A stretch of DNA of 64,000 bases from Monocercomonoides exilis PA203 (taxonomy: Eukaryota; Protista; Preaxostyla). Positions 59,780-64,000 of the stretch are shown here, piece by piece; positions within the stretch are counted from its first letter, which is position 1; each line of letters starts with the position of its first letter. Under the pieces are notes generated by a model. It was not told the DNA's origin. It saw nothing but the letters and a program-made list of their open reading frames with translations, and did not search any database. The translations under genes and the position numbers were made by a program. Location: assembly GCA_001643675.2 (NCBI GenBank), contig LSRY02000015.1:558001-622000 (forward strand), given 5' to 3'.

Positions 59780-60791
59780 TAGGGTCAACTTTTTAATGGG
59801 ACTTTTTCCCTTATTGGCACTTTTTTTGTTTTTGACTGCCAACTTTCAACAAACGTTGATTGGCTTTCAGTACTTCAAAAAACCTTTTTTACAAGTTTAA
59901 CACAATTTATTTACAGTTTGTTTTTTAATTTTTGCTTATTACACATTGAGAAATTACGTTTTTTTGTTAAATTTGAAAGGACTTTTACCAGCCAACTAGG
60001 CAACGTCCAAGAAATTGGATACATGTTTTGAATAGCAAATACTATTATCTAACTACTTTTAAATTCTTTTTTTTCATAAACACTTTTTTCTTGTTTTTTT
60101 CACATTTCATTTTTTTAACAACATTCTAACATAAAACCGATTATTTCTTTGTTAATATAATGAAATGATAAAAATAAAAATATGTTATGAAAAACAAATA
60201 GTCTAATAATAAAGTGTTGGAAAAATGAAACATTAATTTTTTCTATTAAACAAAAACGGACAAATGGCGCTTTCTTATAATAATCGATGATCAAGTTTTT
60301 GAAAAAAAGTTAAGTTCTTAACAAATAGAAAAAATTAATGTTTCATTTTTCCAACACTTTATTATTAGACTATTTGTTTTTCATAACATATTTTTATTTT
60401 TATCATTTCATTATATTAACAAAGAAATAATCGGTTTTATGTTAGAATGTTGTTAAAAAAATGAAATGTGAAAAAAACAAGAAAAAAGTGTTTATGAAAA
60501 AAAAGAATTTAAAAGTAGTTAGATAATAGTATTTGCTATTCAAAACATGTATCCAATTTCTTGGACGTTGCCTAGTTGGCTGGTAAAAGTCCTTTCAAAT
60601 TTAACAAAAAAACGTAATTTCTCAATGTGTAATAAGCAAAAATTAAAAAACAAACTGTAAATAAATTGTGTTAAACTTGTAAAAAAGGTTTTTTGAAGTA
60701 CTGAAAGCCAATCAACGTTTGTTGAAAGTTGGCAGTCAAAAACAAAAAAAGTGCCAATAAGGGAAAAAGTCCCATTAAATAGTTGACCCTA
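59780..60791. mobile_element. Foldback element: 468-bp inverted arms with a 76-bp spacer
   Basis: Arms 59780-60247 and 60324-60791 are reverse complements with only one mismatch seen, near the tip; ends TA-GGGTCAACT...AGTTGACCC-TA. Confidence 0.9.
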
Positions 60792-61256
60792 TTTATTTTT
60801 TTATTTTATTTTTTTTAAAAAAATATAAATAATTCCTCTCAAAAGATATTAACTCTTTTTCGAATTAACATTCAGAAAAAAGGTTTGATAAGAAATATTA
60901 TTTCCCAAATAAAAATCAAGGAATCAAAAAGAATTGTCGAAATTTTCACAGAATAAACTGTGTTTGAAAAAATTTTCTGTATTTTTGTTTAGAAATCTAT
61001 TTCTTCCTTCCATGATTTTAATTTTCAAATAAGTGGTGCTGCTTCATTATAGATGTTCCAAACGAATGAGCCTGACACACCATTTATTATTCTAAGTTGT
61101 TAAAACTTATTATTCAAAATTGAAAAAAATGAGGATTTTTATAAAAAAATTTTTGTGAAAAATGGGCTTTTGGCTGAATGTCAAAAAGCGATTAAAATAC
61201 TTTGTTTAGTTAATATTCATAAAAATGTTGATAAATTGAACATCGATTTGTGTTAT

Positions 61257-61619
61257 TTGTCAATAAGCGTGAAATATAACAATTTTTCAGAAAAAAGTCA
61301 TCGCCATGGATATCCGAAGATTTTCAAATGAATTCATCTCCTGTTGTTGGATTATGAATTATTAAATTGAAAAATTTTATATTCAAAAATTCAAGTGCTG
61401 AAAACAACAAAATACAAATAAAGAATTAATCCATTTGGGTTCTATAACAATTATTTATTTGTATTTTGTTGTTTTCAGCACTTGAATTTTTGAATATAAA
61501 ATTTTTCAATTTAATAATTCATAATCCAACAACAGGAGATGAATTCATTTGAAAATCTTCGGATATCCATGGCGATGACTTTTTTCTGAAAAATTGTTAT
61601 ATTTCACGCTTATTGACAA
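61257..61619. repeat. Long palindrome: 166-bp inverted arms with a 31-bp spacer
   Basis: Arms 61257-61422 and 61454-61619 are reverse complements with no mismatch seen (TTGTCAATAAGCGTG...CACGCTTATTGACAA). Confidence 0.92.
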
Positions 61620-61729
61620 TTAAAAAGCATTAGCTTCTTAATTCTAAAGAACTAATGAAAATACAACTCCTCTTTCTATTTGGGATAGAGCTCCGTTTTA
61701 TGGGCTCAGCCGATCAATAATAATAAACA

Positions 61730-62653
61730 ATGAGCGTGCTTCAGCCTGGACTCGAGTCGAGTCTGAATTCCTTATCTCAGGATATCAGCGGACCTCCGAG
61801 CAGCGTGGGATTTACGCAATCCACCTCCAGCATATTTTCCTCATCAGCCGCCACTATTCCGACGCAAAATATTGCAATGGGCCTTGAAAACACATCAAGC
61901 CGTGAAGATCACAATGTTACAAACTTGCTCCATCCACCTTTCCAACAATCTTCAAGCTCTTCTCAGACCCAAATATTTCCAGGTCCAACAACACTTGAGC
62001 AACACCCAATCCATTCTCCGCAAACGACGCAGCAGCAGAATATTCTTCAAACGATAGACACTTCGCAAGAACAGCTGATGGAGAAAGACAATTATCAACC
62101 GAACTTCAAATGCATTTGTTTCTCGCTTTTCGGAGAAAAAACAAAGGATTCAATATTCGAAATGCATTTTCCTGAACAAGCAGGCTCAAATTCCACAATT
62201 TTCTCGAATTTCTCAGCACCTCCGTTTATTCCAGAGGCTATCCACCCAATTCAAAGAACATCAAATTGGTGCTTCGACGCTCTAGAACAAAATGGATTCA
62301 AAATCGAAGAAAAATTGATATCGGCAATAAAAGCGCTTATAATTGGAAAAGATATGGTAGATAAGGGATTGGACCCAAGTGCAGTTTTGGCTGATACTTT
62401 CTTAATGATGGTTAAAGCACTCCAGGAAGCGAGAACACAAAGGATCCAAGCAGTTTATGGATTCAGAGCCGCAAGGACATTGAAAGAAGAAGATGGAGAC
62501 CAATTGCTTTCCAAGAGGCAACTTGAAACGTTGAAGATCGCTGAGCCGAAACAAAAATTGCTTCCTCGATCGCAGGGATGGATCAGACCGTACACAAATA
62601 CATTCTCACTTAAAAACCAGTTTTTTCGGACAAGAAGGATCCCATTTACATGA
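61730..62653 (+). CDS. Gag-like ORF1 of the DIRS-like element
   Basis: 307-aa ORF directly upstream of and overlapping the RT ORF; Q/S-rich N-terminus, helical C-terminal half. Assignment is positional. Confidence 0.6.
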   Translation: MSVLQPGLESSLNSLSQDISGPPSSVGFTQSTSSIFSSSAATIPTQNIAMGLENTSSREDHNVTNLLHPPFQQSSSSSQTQIFPGPTTLEQHPIHSPQTTQQQNILQTIDTSQEQLMEKDNYQPNFKCICFSLFGEKTKDSIFEMHFPEQAGSNSTIFSNFSAPPFIPEAIHPIQRTSNWCFDALEQNGFKIEEKLISAIKALIIGKDMVDKGLDPSAVLADTFLMMVKALQEARTQRIQAVYGFRAARTLKEEDGDQLLSKRQLETLKIAEPKQKLLPRSQGWIRPYTNTFSLKNQFFRTRRIPFT

Positions 62654-64000
62654 AGAAAATTCAGTTCAAACAGCAGCAGAAGCTCCCAGAGAACCAGCAG
62701 AACTTGGAGCTCCAACAAATGGGATCCTCGAAGAAAGTTGGAGGAAGAACAAGACTCTTTCTCAAGAACTGGTCCGAAATAGGGGCCCGGAGAATTATAG
62801 AGAAGGGAGCTTGTCCTGTTTGGAGAAGCAGAGAGGCACGGGACAAGCTGAAAAAGGAAGTCAAAGCAGGACATGGTTTCATTGGATCCCAGGAGCAGGA
62901 GAGGGAGTGCGAGAAGTGGATAACGGAAGCACTGGATTGTGGAATATTAAAGAGGATCAAGTTCGAAGATGCAAAATGCCTGAGCAAACTGTTTTTCGTA
63001 AAGAAGAAGAACGGGAAATGGAGACAAATATTGGACTGCAGACCTCTGAACAAAGCCCTGAAATCAATCAAGTTCAAGCTGGAGGATCACAGAACTGTGG
63101 AAAAGTTGATGGAAAAGGGAGATTTTGCAACCTCATTGGATCTCTCTCAAGCATATTTCTTAATCCCTGTTCGCGAAGATTTCATCCCGTTTTTGGCTTT
63201 CAAATTTCATCAAGAAACAATAGCGTTTCGATGCCTTCCATTTGGAATGAAGGATGCCCCAAGAATCTTTACGAAGATCATGCGTTCAATTATAAAGCTG
63301 GTGAGAATGAAGTGGAAAGTTCGTTGCATCTCTTATCTGGACGATGTCCTCTTTCTTCACAAGGACAAACAGAAGCTGGAGCAAATAACAAAGGAGGTTA
63401 TGGATTGGTTCTCCCAACTTGGTCTGATGGTCAACAAGGAGAAAAGCGAACTTCAGGCAAAACAAAGATTCAACTTTCTGGGATGGAAATGGGATTCGAT
63501 TCAGTCGACAGTGGCTCTGAACGAAGAGAGAATTGCCTCCATTGTTCAGAAGTGTCACATGGTACTGATAAACACAATAAAGAGGCGTCCAATCTCAGTC
63601 AGAAGATTTGCTTCAATTGTGGGGCAAATAAGCGCTGCCAGATTTGTCCACACAGACGCTTCATTACACAAGACAAACCTTTATCAATGCCTAATGAAGA
63701 ATGTCAACATCAATGGATGGAACGGACTATGTCGACTTCATTATGGAATGATTCCATAATTGACATTCTGGATAAGCGAAGTCAGGAAGAGAAAACAAAG
63801 AACGCTTCAATCCTTTGGCTCCCCTCAGGTGACGATTACAACAGATGCCTCGCCATGGGCATGCGGAGGAAGTGTAAAGATATCAGGACAACTCAAGAAG
63901 ATTTTTCACGTCCCTTTGAACAGAGTTGCTCAAAACCAAACATCAAACTTCAGGGAATTACTTGCAGTCAAGATTGCGCTTGCAAGGTTTTCTCAGGATA
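62650..64000 (+). pseudogene. Reverse transcriptase-RNase H with one in-frame TAA at 63757-63759
   Basis: LFFVKKKNGKWRQILDCRPLN, DLSQAYF, CLPFGMKDAPRIFTK, YLDD; past the TAA the same frame continues LTFW...TITTDASPWACGG...SNFRELLAV (RNase H). Confidence 0.88.

Larger units (their letters stand above)
61730..64000 (+). mobile_element. DIRS-like (tyrosine-recombinase class) retrotransposon, 5' part, truncated by the window edge
   Basis: ORF1 followed by an overlapping RT-RNase H frame with DIRS-type signatures (VGGR...W, FKLE, FLGWKWD, TDAS); no protease before the RT. The recombinase is not visible in this window. Confidence 0.8.

Overview
AT-rich eukaryotic genomic DNA with short spliceosomal introns and the standard genetic code. 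Gene style (huge Ser-rich inserts, Pmp-like receptor pseudokinase, short AT-rich introns) suggests a metamonad, probably an oxymonad such as Monocercomonoides; this is inference only. Gene core (3.8-46.4 kb): a CAMKK-like kinase, a TBC1D31-like Rab-GAP without its WD40 domain, ER HSP90 (GRP94) ending in KNEL, a 22.1-kb uninterrupted ORF with an F-box/LRR/ankyrin/LRR/degenerate Roc-COR/pseudokinase (Roco-like) layout, and a 9-exon U4/U6 snRNP PRP4 gene with an apparent GC-AG intron. Flanks are transposon-rich: the 5' part of a hAT-like transposase, three related MITE copies, a complete Merlin element (TIRs, 8-bp TSD, intron-containing decayed transposase), two near-perfect long foldback palindromes, and the 5' part of a DIRS-like retrotransposon (gag, RT, RNase H) with a possible -1 frameshift. 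A ~2550-codon Pmp-like receptor pseudokinase gene is split by a single in-frame TAG. No rRNA, tRNA or CRISPR array was recognised. All calls were made by eye; none was checked against a database.
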